From the NCBI GenBank assembly GCA_035543695.1, contig DATKJJ010000256.1, positions 1 through 29,431 of the forward strand: a stretch of DNA of 29,431 nt, given 5' to 3'. Below, one piece after another: positions 8,284 to 18,238 of this stretch; within the stretch, counting starts at the first letter, position 1; each line of letters opens with the position of its first letter. A program made the position numbers and the translations under genes. The stretch comes from Gemmatimonadales bacterium. Lineage in GTDB: Bacteria; Gemmatimonadota; Gemmatimonadetes; Gemmatimonadales; GWC2-71-9. The notes under the pieces were generated by a model that saw only the letters and a list, made by a program, of their open reading frames with translations, made no database searches and was not told the DNA's origin.

Positions 8284-9663
8284 CTAGACCTTTACCTCGA
8301 CCTGCTCCTCGTAGCGGCTGAGCTTGCGGTACAGGGTAGAAGGGTCGATGCCGAGCACCTCGGCGGCGCGGGTCTTGTTTCCGCCTTCGGCCTGCAACAC
8401 CCACATGATGTAGGCCCGCTCTATCACCTCGAGAGTGGGGTTTCTATATGACCGCTCGGCCACCAGCGGCTCCTTCCGCCGTTTGGTGATCCGCTCCGGC
8501 AACGATGCGGCCTCGATCAGGTTGCCCCGGGTCAGCACCACGGCATGCTCCAGCGCGTTTTCCAGCTCCCGCACGTTCCCCGGCCATTCATACACCATCA
8601 CCGCATCCAGGGCCTCCGCGGCCAGCGCCTTCGGGTCGGTCCCGGTCTCGCCGGCCAGGTTCTGCAGCAATGCTTCGATCAGCAGCAGCAGGTCGTCGCG
8701 GCGCTCCCGGAGCGGCGGCAAGTTGATGGCAATGACGTTGAGCCGGTAGAACAGATCGGACCGGAAGTTGCCGCGGCGGATTTCTTCTTCCAGCTCCCGG
8801 TTGGTAGCGGCAATGATGCGGACGTCCACCGGAATCGGCTCGGTGGCCCCGACCGGTATGGCCTCACGCTCCTGGAGGACCCGAAGCAGCTTTACCTGGA
8901 GCGAGGCGGGCATCTCGCCGACCTCGTCCAGGAAGAAGCTCCCGCCCCGGGCGGCTGCAAAGAGGCCTTGCTTGTCTCGAACGGCGCCGGTGAATGATCC
9001 CTTGACGTGTCCGAACAGCTCACTCTCCAGCAGGTTCTCCGGAAGCGCCCCGCAGTTGATCGAGAGGAATGGACCATCACTCCGGCTGGACAGGTTGTGG
9101 ATATACCGGGCGATGACCTCCTTACCGGTTCCACTCTCCCCCTGGATCAGCACCGTCGAGTCGGTCGGCGCCACATGCTCGGCCAGCTTCAGCACATCCA
9201 GGAAACGTTTGGATTTCCCGATCGGGCGGGTGATGGTGGTTTTGTCGCGCCGGCGGATCTCCTGCTTCAGCTGCGTGTTCTCAACCTTGACCGCCCGGTA
9301 CTCACAGGCGCGCCGGAGGATGGCCACCAGCTCATCGTTGGAGAACGGCTTCTGGATGTAGTAGAAGGCCCCCGAGTTGACGGCGCTGATGGCGCTTTGC
9401 AAGGAGGCCTGGGCGGTCATCAGGATGACCGGAGTCATCGCGTCCTGCTCCCGCGCCGCCTGCAGAATGTCCAGACCCGATACCTGGGGCATCCGCACAT
9501 CGGAGAGGATGATGTCGTGGGTTCCCGACCGGATCTGCTCCAGCCCCGCCTTTCCGCCCTGGGCGGTCGTCACCTCGAACCCTTCGTTTCGGAGAAGGAT
9601 TCTGAGGGTATCGAGAATCCCCGACTCGTCGTCAACGACCAGGAGAGACGGCTTCTGACTCAT
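8284..9663 (-). CDS. pilR: PilR-like sigma-54-dependent response regulator
   Basis: REC (VVDDE, LSDVRMP, IQKP), GESGTGKE, ELFGHVKGSFTGAVRDKQGLF (GSFTGA variant as recalled for Pseudomonas PilR), WPGNVREL, HTH; ATGA-coupled to the PilS-like kinase; pilus-locus context. Confidence 0.8.
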   Translation of the reverse strand: MSQKPSLLVVDDESGILDTLRILLRNEGFEVTTAQGGKAGLEQIRSGTHDIILSDVRMPQVSGLDILQAAREQDAMTPVILMTAQASLQSAISAVNSGAFYYIQKPFSNDELVAILRRACEYRAVKVENTQLKQEIRRRDKTTITRPIGKSKRFLDVLKLAEHVAPTDSTVLIQGESGTGKEVIARYIHNLSSRSDGPFLSINCGALPENLLESELFGHVKGSFTGAVRDKQGLFAAARGGSFFLDEVGEMPASLQVKLLRVLQEREAIPVGATEPIPVDVRIIAATNRELEEEIRRGNFRSDLFYRLNVIAINLPPLRERRDDLLLLIEALLQNLAGETGTDPKALAAEALDAVMVYEWPGNVRELENALEHAVVLTRGNLIEAASLPERITKRRKEPLVAERSYRNPTLEVIERAYIMWVLQAEGGNKTRAAEVLGIDPSTLYRKLSRYEEQVEVKV

Positions 9664-11360
9664 GCAGCATCCTCCGCCACCATCTTGGCGGGCAAGAATA
9701 TGGTGAAAGTCGTACCGGACCCGGGTCCGGAGTCGACCAGAACGAGGCCCCGATGGGCCTCGACCGCGCGCTGAACGATGGCGAGCCCCAGCCCGCTCCC
9801 GCCCGAACGGCCGGAGACGAAGGGTTGGAATAGGCGCTCGCGGACCTCTTCCGGAATACCCGGCCCATTGTCCCGTACCTGAAGCCGAACGGCGTGCTCC
9901 AGATCCGTCCCGTGCGGAATCTCGGATGCCTGGGCGGCGCCGACGGTAACGGTGATCCGAATGGGGCCCCGGGCCGCCTGCACGGCGTTGAGCACCAGAT
10001 TGGCGACCACGCGGTGGAGGAGATCCTCATCGCCCTCCAGTGGGGTATGCCCACCTTCCACCGCAATGACCGCATCCGAACGGCAATCCGGGTGGGCCCG
10101 AATCAGGCGCACGACGGCCACGACCACGGAATGGAGATCCACCGGCGCAAAGTGAGTCGCTCGCACCCGGGCAAAGTCGAGGAACTCACTGAGCAGACGG
10201 CTGAGCCGGTCGCTCTCCCTGACGATAAGGCCGGAGAGAAACCGCTCGTCGTCGTCCGCGTGCTTCGAGCGGGCCAGCTGCTCGACCGAGCTTCTGATGG
10301 AGGCCAGCGGATTACGAATCTCGTGCGCCAGCGACGCGCTCAACTCGGCCACTGCCTCCAGCCGCTCGGCTCGCATATGCAGCTCCTGCACCTCTTTGAG
10401 ATCCGAGATGTCGGTAAAGATGGCCGTGACCGAGGGAGCCTCCTGCGCTTCCTGGCGAAAGGTCGTGGTGCTCAAGCCGATGGGGAACATTCGCCCCGCG
10501 GCCTGTACCACCATGCCCTCGCCCCGGCTGATCTTTCGTCCGTTACGAATCCCGGCCACCGCCGCGGCCCAGAGCTCCGAGGAGCGGCTCTTCAGCTGAT
10601 CCAGGACTGGTAGGCCGATCAGGGCCTCGCCATCGAGGTCGAGCAGGCGCTCGGCGGTGGGATTGATGAAAGCCAGGCGGCCAAACCCGTCTACCGTGAG
10701 CACACCCGAGCGAATGTTTCGCAGGATATCGTCGGCCTCGAGGCGCACCCGCTGCAACTCGGTGGCAAGAGTCGCCTGCTCCATTCCTGCTTCGCGCAAA
10801 CGGTGTCCCAGCACCGCCACGATCGCGAACACCAGATTGAACACGCCAATTTGCGCCCAGGACACGGTGTCGAGTGAGGCCCCGTGGGTCCAGATGGTGT
10901 CTCCCAGAAACAGCACCGAGGCGAGCACGGCAGTCACTGCCACCCAACCCGGCGGCATCAACAGGGAATAGGCGGCTACCACCAGCACGTACAGCGCGGG
11001 AAAGGCGGATTGAGGCTGTCCGGTAAAGTGGAGGATGGTGGTAACCAGACCCAGATCAACCAGAGCCTGGATAAAGAAAAACGCGTTGGTCGGTTTCCGC
11101 CGGAGCAGAAAGATCGTTCCCGCCCCGTACAACGTGAACATCAGGGCAAACACCACCGAGACGCTCACGATGAACGATTCCTGCGGACGCTCGGTCCAGA
11201 CCAGCCCGGCCCCGAGCAGGACTCCCGTGGCCAGCACCAGCCGGCCAGCGAACAGCCAGGTTAGCAGGGTGCGCTGATCGGGAAGTGTGTTCTTCCCGGG
11301 CCGGCGCCGGTCTGGCACCGTAGGGACCGCCGCCCGTCCAGAGGGAGCGGAGATTGCCAT
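9660..11360 (-). CDS. pilS: PilS-like sensor histidine kinase (multi-TM, PAS, HisKA, HATPase)
   Basis: ~5-6 N-terminal TM helices, PAS (IRSGVLTVDGFGRLAFINPTAE), H-box SLAHEIRNP, NLVLNA, DNGPG, GSGLGL. Confidence 0.8.
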   Translation of the reverse strand: MAISAPSGRAAVPTVPDRRRPGKNTLPDQRTLLTWLFAGRLVLATGVLLGAGLVWTERPQESFIVSVSVVFALMFTLYGAGTIFLLRRKPTNAFFFIQALVDLGLVTTILHFTGQPQSAFPALYVLVVAAYSLLMPPGWVAVTAVLASVLFLGDTIWTHGASLDTVSWAQIGVFNLVFAIVAVLGHRLREAGMEQATLATELQRVRLEADDILRNIRSGVLTVDGFGRLAFINPTAERLLDLDGEALIGLPVLDQLKSRSSELWAAAVAGIRNGRKISRGEGMVVQAAGRMFPIGLSTTTFRQEAQEAPSVTAIFTDISDLKEVQELHMRAERLEAVAELSASLAHEIRNPLASIRSSVEQLARSKHADDDERFLSGLIVRESDRLSRLLSEFLDFARVRATHFAPVDLHSVVVAVVRLIRAHPDCRSDAVIAVEGGHTPLEGDEDLLHRVVANLVLNAVQAARGPIRITVTVGAAQASEIPHGTDLEHAVRLQVRDNGPGIPEEVRERLFQPFVSGRSGGSGLGLAIVQRAVEAHRGLVLVDSGPGSGTTFTIFLPAKMVAEDAA

Positions 11361-11372
11361 CGAACCTCGGAG

Positions 11373-11453
11373 TAGCTGGGAGCTCGGAGCTCGGGGCTGA
11401 GAGCCTGGGCTCTGAATAGAGGCTCCAAGCTCCTGGCTCCTAGCTCCTAGCTA
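11373..11453. repeat. Inverted heptamer tandem-repeat array
   Basis: Left arm (GGAGCTN)x~5 at 11373-11406, 13-nt loop, right arm (NAGCTCC)x~5 at 11420-11453; on the + strand 27 WC + 3 GU + 4 mismatches over 34 positions. Confidence 0.85.
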
Positions 11454-11507
11454 TCGTGGGGGACAGCCGAAGATAGGGAGGGCGACCGGGCATCCGGTAG
11501 TGCCCTC

Positions 11508-11513
11508 TATAAT
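11508..11513 (+). promoter_or_regulatory. -10 element, probable leaderless promoter of the GIY-YIG gene
   Basis: Perfect TATAAT 5 nt before ATG 11519; no SD in between. Confidence 0.6.
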
Positions 11514-11518
11514 TAGAA

Positions 11519-11767
11519 ATGGTCTGGACGGTCTATCTTGCCCGCTGCGCCGATGGCAGTCTGTACACCGGAATCACCACCGACCCGGTACGCCGGCTGG
11601 CCGAGCACAACCGGGGGTGCGGCGCGGCCTACACCCGCTCCAGGTTGCCGGTGGTTCTGGTGTACCTGGAACAAGCGGAAGACCGGGGACAGGCGCTTCG
11701 TCGAGAGCACGCCATCAAGCGGATGAGCCGGGCTGACAAGGAGGCGTTGTCCCTAAACCGGAGCTGA
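11519..11767 (+). CDS. Small GIY-YIG nuclease family protein (YhbQ/UPF0213-like)
   Basis: WTVYLARCADGSLYTGITTDPVRRLAEHN...AYTRSRLPVVLVY...ALRREHAIKR; 82 aa. Confidence 0.9.
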   Translation: MVWTVYLARCADGSLYTGITTDPVRRLAEHNRGCGAAYTRSRLPVVLVYLEQAEDRGQALRREHAIKRMSRADKEALSLNRS

Positions 11768-12304
11768 ACCGCGCCGCTCAGTAGAACCGGTGCCGGCAGC
11801 TCGAGGTGCGCCGCCGAGCCCGGCACCGGCCGGTAATTCGGACAGGGAGCTGGGCGAGTCCAGGTGTGCTCCGTCATCCACCCCCACACCCAGACGATTC
11901 ACCAGCTCCCCACCCAGCCAGGCAGTTCCCAGAGAGATGACCACCCCCGTAAGACCGGCAACGATGGCTCCCGTGGGCGGCACCTCTGGATTCTCCCTCC
12001 GCAGCACCCAGCTCAGGATGAACAGACCGACCACCACCACATTGCCGATGCCATGCCAGAGCCCCACCCTGCGGGCGCGAGTTCCGGCTGGAATCGCGAT
12101 CCAGTCCAACCAGCCGAAGACCGCCGCGGCCAGACCTCCGATGATGCCGGCGCCAATCATGTAGTAGGCGACGAGAGTCCATTGCGAGTTGCTCGACACC
12201 AGATAGATGATGTCGAAGATGACCGCCGTCGCCAGGAGCCCGAGCGGAAACACGATCAGCATCTGATGTACCGGATGTCCGGCGAATTTGACCTTGCTTT
12301 CCAT
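11753..12304 (-). CDS. DUF2231-type membrane protein
   Basis: GHPVHQMLIVFPLG...FGWLDW...WHGIGN...AWLGGELVNRLGVGV; four TM segments. Confidence 0.8.
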   Translation of the reverse strand: MESKVKFAGHPVHQMLIVFPLGLLATAVIFDIIYLVSSNSQWTLVAYYMIGAGIIGGLAAAVFGWLDWIAIPAGTRARRVGLWHGIGNVVVVGLFILSWVLRRENPEVPPTGAIVAGLTGVVISLGTAWLGGELVNRLGVGVDDGAHLDSPSSLSELPAGAGLGGAPRAAGTGSTERRGSAPV

Positions 12305-12339
12305 ATATGGTCTTCCTCTGCCCTGGGCTATGATCCCGT

Positions 12340-12966
12340 TCAGCTACCGAGTTGTTGCTGCACCTTCTGGAGACTGCTCAGGTGCTCCTGCATCGCGGTC
12401 AGCGTCTTTTGCAGGTAGGCCTTGACCTGCTCATTCTGCAGCGATGGCATGATCTGGGTCTCGATCTTCTCGATGTTCGCCTGGTGCTCGTCTATTTCAT
12501 GCTGGACGAACGCCTTGTCGAAATCGCTCCCGGACTTGCCTTGCAGCTCCGCAGGCAGGGCGGCACTGTCCGCCGCACTGACGCTCCCGCCCTGGGCCGA
12601 TGTCAGATTGACGTTGAGCTTTTGCGCGAGCGCCTTGACCTCCTGGCGGTTCTTGGTGTGATCGGCCTCGAGCTTCTTGGCAATCTGCTTGACCGCAGTT
12701 GAACTGGCCTTCCTGGATGCCACGGTGGAAACTTGGATTTCCGTCGTGTTCGCCACGTTCATCTGGGAGAGGACTCCCTCGGGTGTCACTGCGGTGTTCC
12801 CGCCTACGGCCATAGACGAGTCGCCCGACATGGACATGGTGTCGTGGCTGCTCATGCCGCCCGGCGCGCTGTCGGCCATGCCGGTGTCGCCACCTCGATG
12901 GTTATCCCCCGGGGAGCATGCCAGCAGCAGGCCAAGTGCTGCAGCCGGGAGCCGAAAAGTCTTCAT
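12340..12966 (-). CDS. DUF4142-type lipoprotein
   Basis: Lipobox LLAC; ANTTEIQVSTVA...VKQIAKKLEADH...FDKAFVQHEIDEH...LTAMQEHL pattern; GGAGG RBS. Confidence 0.8.
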   Translation of the reverse strand: MKTFRLPAAALGLLLACSPGDNHRGGDTGMADSAPGGMSSHDTMSMSGDSSMAVGGNTAVTPEGVLSQMNVANTTEIQVSTVASRKASSTAVKQIAKKLEADHTKNRQEVKALAQKLNVNLTSAQGGSVSAADSAALPAELQGKSGSDFDKAFVQHEIDEHQANIEKIETQIMPSLQNEQVKAYLQKTLTAMQEHLSSLQKVQQQLGS

Positions 12967-13074
12967 GGAACCTCCGTTTCTAAATACCTAATGCTGAAGC
13001 ACTTAAATGGGTGAATCGCGGCATCGAAGGTCGGCGCTCGGTTCACCGCAGTCCGGTTCAGCCCGGATGGGCAG

Positions 13075-13102
13075 CAAAAATGCGGGACTGACCGGCCCGC
13101 AT
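13075..13102 (-). terminator. Rho-independent terminator after the hybrid kinase
   Basis: ATGCGGG-N9-CCCGCAT followed by TTTTG on the minus strand, ~25 nt after the stop. Confidence 0.65.
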
Positions 13103-13126
13103 GTGTGACGCATGACCTGCTGATTC

Positions 13127-15691
13127 TTACGCCGGCTTGGCGTCGAGGACTTCCCGGACCTTGACGATGAGGCTCTCTGCGGAAAAGGGCTTCTGGAGAA
13201 AAGGGACCTGGAAGTTGCCCATTCCCGGTTGCAGCTTGTCGGCCTCGGAGTAGCCGGACATGTAGAGCAGCCTGAGCTCGGGTTTCTTTGCCTTGAGCTT
13301 CTCCGCCAGGACCAAGCCGCCCATATCAGGCATTACCACATCGGTCAGGACCAGATCGATGCTGTCTCCCAACTCGCTTAGCAGGTCCAGCGCCTCTTCA
13401 CCGTTATGAGCTTGAATGACAGTGTAACCCTGGTTGAGGAGCACCCGGGCCGCCACGCTGCGTACCGCGTCTTCGTCTTCAACCAGGAGAATGTGTTCCG
13501 AGCCCCGACCCGGTCGGCTCGGTTCCAGCGGGATCTGGTCAAGCTCGTCTTCCGGCTCGACCCGCGGAAGGCAGATCTTGAAGGTGGTGCCGCGATCAGG
13601 CTCGCTGTCGACCCAGATGTACCCTCCGCTCTGCGCCACTATTCCGTACACCGTTGCCAGGCCGAGGCCGGTGTTCTGGGTGACCGGCTTGGTGGTGAAG
13701 AACGGCTCGAATAGCCTGGCCTTGACCTCCGGGCTCATGCCGTGTCCGGTGTCGCTCACCAGCAGCATCACGTATGGTCCGGGTGGGATATCGAGTCCCA
13801 CCTGTCGGTAGGCGTAGCCCTCGGGCAAGTCAACGTCCAGCGTCTCGATGGTCAGGCGGCCACCTCCGCGCATGGCATCGCGAGCGTTGAGCGCCAGGTT
13901 CATGACCACCTGCTCCATCTGACCGTAGTCCGCCTCCACGCCGCCCAGTCCCACAGATAGTCGGGTCACCAGCCGGATGTCCTCGCCCAGGAGAGGGCGA
14001 AGCATCCGCTCCATTCCAGCCACCACTTCATTCAGGCTGAGCACGTGCCGAGCCACCAGCTGCTGCCGGCCGAAGCCGAGCAGCTGCCTGGTCAGGTGCA
14101 TGGCACGCTCGGCGGCTTTGCGGATCTCGTCGGCGTCGGCCCAGCGGGGATCAGTGCGATCCAGGGTGGTCAGCAGGAAATCGCTGAAGCCCATGATGAT
14201 CATCATCATGTTGTTGAAATCGTGGGCCACTCCCCCGGCCAGCCGGCCGACTGCCTCCATCTTTTGCGCCTGGCGGACCTGTTCCTCGGCCCGGCGGCGT
14301 TCGGTCAGATCCTGGACGTTGACGGCGTAATAGATGATGTGGCCATCCGCGTCTCTCACGGCGGTGGCGTCGATCAGCGCGGGAAACACCTGGGTGTTCC
14401 GCCGAACCCGTTCGGTCTCCCAGATCTGATGGCCCCGCTCATCGAAGAGGGGATTCATTCGCGGAAACTCGTGCGGGGAGGCGGAGAGATCCGCCATCGG
14501 CTTGCCCCGAAGCTCCTCCACACTCCAGCCGTGCATGGCGGCAAACGCCGGATTGACGCTTTCGATGACGCCGTCGGCGCTGACGATCGCGACGCCCCAG
14601 CCGGCATGCTCGAAGATCCGGGCCCAGCGCTGCAGCTCCCTTCCCACCTCGACTCGTTGGCTGATATCCCGGCCCACTCCGACGATCCCGGTGATTTCGC
14701 CGTAGGGGCCGTGCAGCGGTGAGAGGGTGGTTTGCATGTGCCGGACGCCATGCGGCGCGCGGAGTGTCCATTCGTAGGTGACCGTCTCTCCGGCCAGTGC
14801 CCGCAGGTTGGCGGCCTCGTGCAGCTCGACGTCGTCCTCACCCACGATCTCCCGGGTGGTCCGGCCCACCAGGTGTGCCGGGTCGAAGCCCTCCCGCTCC
14901 AGGAACCGCCCGAACACGTCGACGCAGCGCTGCTCGCGGTCCAGCCGGAACACCACATCGTCGATCGACTCGACCAGCTGCCGGAATCGCTCTTCACTGG
15001 CCCGCAAGGCGTGCTCGGCGTGGATGCCGTCCGGGAGCTCCCGGGCATAGCAAACCAAACCGTTATTGGTTGGGACGATTCGAAGGGAGAACCATCGATT
15101 GAAGGCGGGGAGAAACTCCTCCAGCTCGACGGCGGTTCCCTGGGCGTGGGAGCGAAAGGCTTCGGCCTGGATCCGGCTGCCGGCCAGCTCCGGAAGCGCG
15201 TGCCAGATGTTCTGCCCGATCAGCCGAGCCCGCGGGACTCCCATCCGCGACAGGATTGCATCGGCGCCAGCGTTGACGTGGCTGACCCGCCATTCATGAT
15301 CGCATCCGAGGAACGCCTCGTCCATGCCGTCGAGAATCTGGGCCGTGTGCCCGGCTTGAGGATTCTCCCGCAGCAACACCGTGAGACCGTCATCCGAGGG
15401 ATAGGCTCGCACCTCCACCGACCCGCGGGTGCCGATATCGGGAACCTCGTGCACCACCGCGGTCTGATCGGCGTAGGCGCGATGCAGTGCCCGGCCGAGC
15501 AGTGAGTCGGCCAATGCGGGTCGGTCCCAGATGACGGTGCCAAGTAAATCGGTGGAGGGAGTACCGGAGAGACGGGAGAGCACCCGCTCGGCTTGCCGGT
15601 TCAGATAGGCGAAGCGCCAGTCAGGGTCGAGGGCGAAAATACCTTCGCCTATGCGCTCGAGCAGATCCAGCGGTTGGGAAGTGTTTAGCAA
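13127..15691 (-). CDS. Cytoplasmic hybrid sensor kinase: 4 PAS, HisKA, HATPase, REC
   Basis: Four PAS starts ([44 protein letters not shown]), H-box [36 protein letters not shown] (LVEDED, LTDVVMP, LQKP); no TM. TTG start uncertain. Confidence 0.92.
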   Translation of the reverse strand: MLNTSQPLDLLERIGEGIFALDPDWRFAYLNRQAERVLSRLSGTPSTDLLGTVIWDRPALADSLLGRALHRAYADQTAVVHEVPDIGTRGSVEVRAYPSDDGLTVLLRENPQAGHTAQILDGMDEAFLGCDHEWRVSHVNAGADAILSRMGVPRARLIGQNIWHALPELAGSRIQAEAFRSHAQGTAVELEEFLPAFNRWFSLRIVPTNNGLVCYARELPDGIHAEHALRASEERFRQLVESIDDVVFRLDREQRCVDVFGRFLEREGFDPAHLVGRTTREIVGEDDVELHEAANLRALAGETVTYEWTLRAPHGVRHMQTTLSPLHGPYGEITGIVGVGRDISQRVEVGRELQRWARIFEHAGWGVAIVSADGVIESVNPAFAAMHGWSVEELRGKPMADLSASPHEFPRMNPLFDERGHQIWETERVRRNTQVFPALIDATAVRDADGHIIYYAVNVQDLTERRRAEEQVRQAQKMEAVGRLAGGVAHDFNNMMMIIMGFSDFLLTTLDRTDPRWADADEIRKAAERAMHLTRQLLGFGRQQLVARHVLSLNEVVAGMERMLRPLLGEDIRLVTRLSVGLGGVEADYGQMEQVVMNLALNARDAMRGGGRLTIETLDVDLPEGYAYRQVGLDIPPGPYVMLLVSDTGHGMSPEVKARLFEPFFTTKPVTQNTGLGLATVYGIVAQSGGYIWVDSEPDRGTTFKICLPRVEPEDELDQIPLEPSRPGRGSEHILLVEDEDAVRSVAARVLLNQGYTVIQAHNGEEALDLLSELGDSIDLVLTDVVMPDMGGLVLAEKLKAKKPELRLLYMSGYSEADKLQPGMGNFQVPFLQKPFSAESLIVKVREVLDAKPA

Positions 15692-15755
15692 CCGATTGAA
15701 CCCTGCATGTGAGAGGGCGCTCCCAAACTAGAGCATGCCGCCCCCGAAGCCAAGC

Positions 15756-18089
15756 TCACATCGGCGATTCGCCGGTGCTGATGGCTTCCTCGGGGGCCGG
15801 CGGGATGTCTGCCTGAGCCCGGGTGGTGATCGCCCCTCCGTATAGCGCGCGATAGATCTCCTCGTTCCGCTGAATGACCCGCACGTAGTCCCGGGTCTCG
15901 ACGAAGGAGATCTGCTCGGCAAAGACTTCGGGGTCGTTCACCCCGATCCGCTTGGACCAGCGATCCACCCGAGGGACGCCCGCGTTATACGCCGCGAGGA
16001 TGTGGGCGGGCTGATCATACTGGGCGAACAGCTCGCGCAGGTGGAAGGTGCCTAACTGAAGGCTGACATCGGGCTGGTAGAGCAGCACCGGGTCCCAGAC
16101 CGGATAGTTGAGCTCCTTGGCCAGGCGTTCACCCAGCTCCGGCATGACCTGCGCCAGACCGCGGGCCCCGGCCGATGACGTGGCAGCCGGATTGAAGCTC
16201 GACTCCTGGCGAATCAGGGCGGCCACGAAGTTGGGATCCAGCCCCTTCTCCGCTGCCTCGGCCAGCAGCGCGTCGGCGTGGACCACCGGATAGATCAGGC
16301 GGTAGGTCCGCGCGTCGGCCGACGCGCCCAGCGCCAACGCCTTGCGCGCGAGTTGAATGGCCGGCGCGGCCATGCCTTGCGCGCGAAGCGCGTTCGCCAG
16401 CACCAGCAGTCGTTCCGGCGAGGTGTCGGGTGCACGGACCAGACGGTCCAGCTCCCAGCGAGACTCCTGCAGCAGGCCCATGCGGGAGAGCAATGCCGCT
16501 CGGGAGACCCCCCGATCGATCACCGGATCCGAGGCAAATGAATCTGGAGCAGCGGGCGGCGACCAGGGATCATTCCCCAGCCGGTTGGAGCTGAGCGTGG
16601 CGTAATAGGAAAGCGGGTCGCGGGTAACCACAGCCTGCCAGCGTGCCCGGGCCGCAATACTGTCTCCTCCTGCGGCCCAGGATCGTCCGGCCCAATACGC
16701 CGCGGCCAAGGCCTCGTCGCTTCTGGGCCAGCGTTCGGTCAGGCTGTCGAACTCGCGGCCGGCCTCCTTCGAGTGGCCGCTCAGGAGCGCGATCATGGCG
16801 GAGCGGAAACGGGCCGTGGGCGCGAACCGGCTGGTCGGATACCGGCTGGCCACCAACCGGTAGAGGCGACGCGCCTTGCCATCCTCCCGATCGTCCGACG
16901 CCAGATCGGCGAGCAGAAAATACGCCGACGCAGCTGCGGTGGTGTCCTTGGCGTACGCGTGGGAGACCCGGGCCAAGGCGGCACGGCCCCGCTCGAGCTG
17001 TCCGTCACGTACCAAGGCACGGGCACCCTGGTAGGCAGCGAGCGCCGCCAGGTTCCGAGGCGAGTGGACCTGTTTGAACTGGGCGGCGGCCTCACGATTC
17101 CGCTTCAACCGGGTGAGCGCGTTGGCGTAGTCGAAGCGGTCCTGCCCGTTGCCCAGATTGCGACTTCCGGCCCGGGCGAACCCAGCCACCGCACGGGCGG
17201 AGAGCCCGGCATCGGAAGCCGCACGGGCGGCAGTCAGCTCTTCCTGTGCCGACAGCGGGGCAAAGGCGCTGTCAATCAGGGCAAGTGTCCGCCGTGCCGC
17301 GGCGGGTGCAATCCTGCCGGAGAGCAGAGCAAAGGCCTCTTGCCGTATGGCGGTGTGCGAGGCGCTGTCGGAGCTCAAGGCGAGGCGGAGCCGCAGGCCG
17401 GTCAGCGACTCTCCCAGCACCACGTATCGCCGGGCCGCCTCCCCCCGGTCACCGATGCGCTCGTAGGCGGCGGCTTCGGCCCAAGGCACCCGAGCCCGCG
17501 GCAGCGTATCCTGAATCGCGGCGTAGAGCCGGGCCCGCGCCGTACTGTCTGAAGTCACGCTGGCCGCACGCAGCCGGAGCCAGTCGGCTATCTCCGGCAG
17601 GCGCAGCGCGGCGCGCAGGTACACGGCCGCCGCGCTGTCTCGGGCCTCGGTTCGGTCGAGTGCGGTGGCCAACAGCATGAGACGCTCGCTCGATGTGGGA
17701 GCGCGTTTCAAGGCTGCGGCGGCATGTTCCAATGCGGTGCTGTCCTCATTGCGCTCCAGGGCAGCCCGGGCCAGCAGTACCCGGGCGCGACCCTCATACA
17801 GCGAATCGATCCAGGACTCTCGCTGCAGCAGCTGCAGCACCTCGGTCCAGCCACCCCACTCGCTCGCGGCCGTAGCGGCCAGGAATACCGCAGCCGGGCT
17901 CCGACTGGAGGAATCGCGCAGGATAGGATCCAGGAGGCGGGTAGCCTGCCAGGGCCTTCCCCGGGCGAGAGCTTCCCCGGCTCGCGCCAGGGTCGAGTCG
18001 ACGGCAGTAGCAACCTCGCCCGTGTCCGCCCGGAAGGTTGTGGCGGTCGGCGGTTGCGGTGTGCCAATGGCAGCCAACCAGAGCCACAT
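15756..18089 (-). CDS. slt: Soluble lytic murein transglycosylase with TPR-like helical N-terminus (Slt70-like)
   Basis: Catalytic ALIRQES, GARGLAQVMP, AAYNAG, ETRDYV; long Ala-rich helical N-region. Start uncertain (ATG 18089, GTG 18107 or TTG 18188). Confidence 0.85.
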   Translation of the reverse strand: MWLWLAAIGTPQPPTATTFRADTGEVATAVDSTLARAGEALARGRPWQATRLLDPILRDSSSRSPAAVFLAATAASEWGGWTEVLQLLQRESWIDSLYEGRARVLLARAALERNEDSTALEHAAAALKRAPTSSERLMLLATALDRTEARDSAAAVYLRAALRLPEIADWLRLRAASVTSDSTARARLYAAIQDTLPRARVPWAEAAAYERIGDRGEAARRYVVLGESLTGLRLRLALSSDSASHTAIRQEAFALLSGRIAPAAARRTLALIDSAFAPLSAQEELTAARAASDAGLSARAVAGFARAGSRNLGNGQDRFDYANALTRLKRNREAAAQFKQVHSPRNLAALAAYQGARALVRDGQLERGRAALARVSHAYAKDTTAAASAYFLLADLASDDREDGKARRLYRLVASRYPTSRFAPTARFRSAMIALLSGHSKEAGREFDSLTERWPRSDEALAAAYWAGRSWAAGGDSIAARARWQAVVTRDPLSYYATLSSNRLGNDPWSPPAAPDSFASDPVIDRGVSRAALLSRMGLLQESRWELDRLVRAPDTSPERLLVLANALRAQGMAAPAIQLARKALALGASADARTYRLIYPVVHADALLAEAAEKGLDPNFVAALIRQESSFNPAATSSAGARGLAQVMPELGERLAKELNYPVWDPVLLYQPDVSLQLGTFHLRELFAQYDQPAHILAAYNAGVPRVDRWSKRIGVNDPEVFAEQISFVETRDYVRVIQRNEEIYRALYGGAITTRAQADIPPAPEEAISTGESPM

Positions 18090-18225
18090 ATGAATGAAAT
18101 GCGTCACGGCATGCCCGTTGATGAAAGACGTAGTCGCTGCAGCCCCGCAAATGCCGCGCCGCCGTAGACTTAGCCCCAAGGCCCCCAATTCGGGGTCACG
18201 GCCTCGGATTCTGCCGGGGAGCCGC

Positions 18226-18231
18226 TACTTT
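18226..18231 (+). promoter_or_regulatory. -10-like element, possible leaderless promoter of hslR
   Basis: TACTTT 7 nt before ATG 18239; no SD. Confidence 0.4.
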
Positions 18232-18238
18232 TGCACCT

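Noticed and set aside
11373-11453. CRISPR array, IS terminal repeats or MITE for the repeat arrays
   Set aside because: No unique spacers, units far too short, no cas or transposase gene, no target-site duplication.
11519-11767. GIY-YIG protein as a homing endonuclease or mobile element marker
   Set aside because: Only 82 aa with no DNA-binding tail and no intron context; fits the common standalone YhbQ-like family.
13039-13060. TGAACCG direct repeat (period 15, minus strand) as an ECF sigma promoter for DUF4142
   Set aside because: No GTC/GTT-type -10 at 16-17 nt from either copy; two 7-mers are weak evidence in GC-rich DNA.
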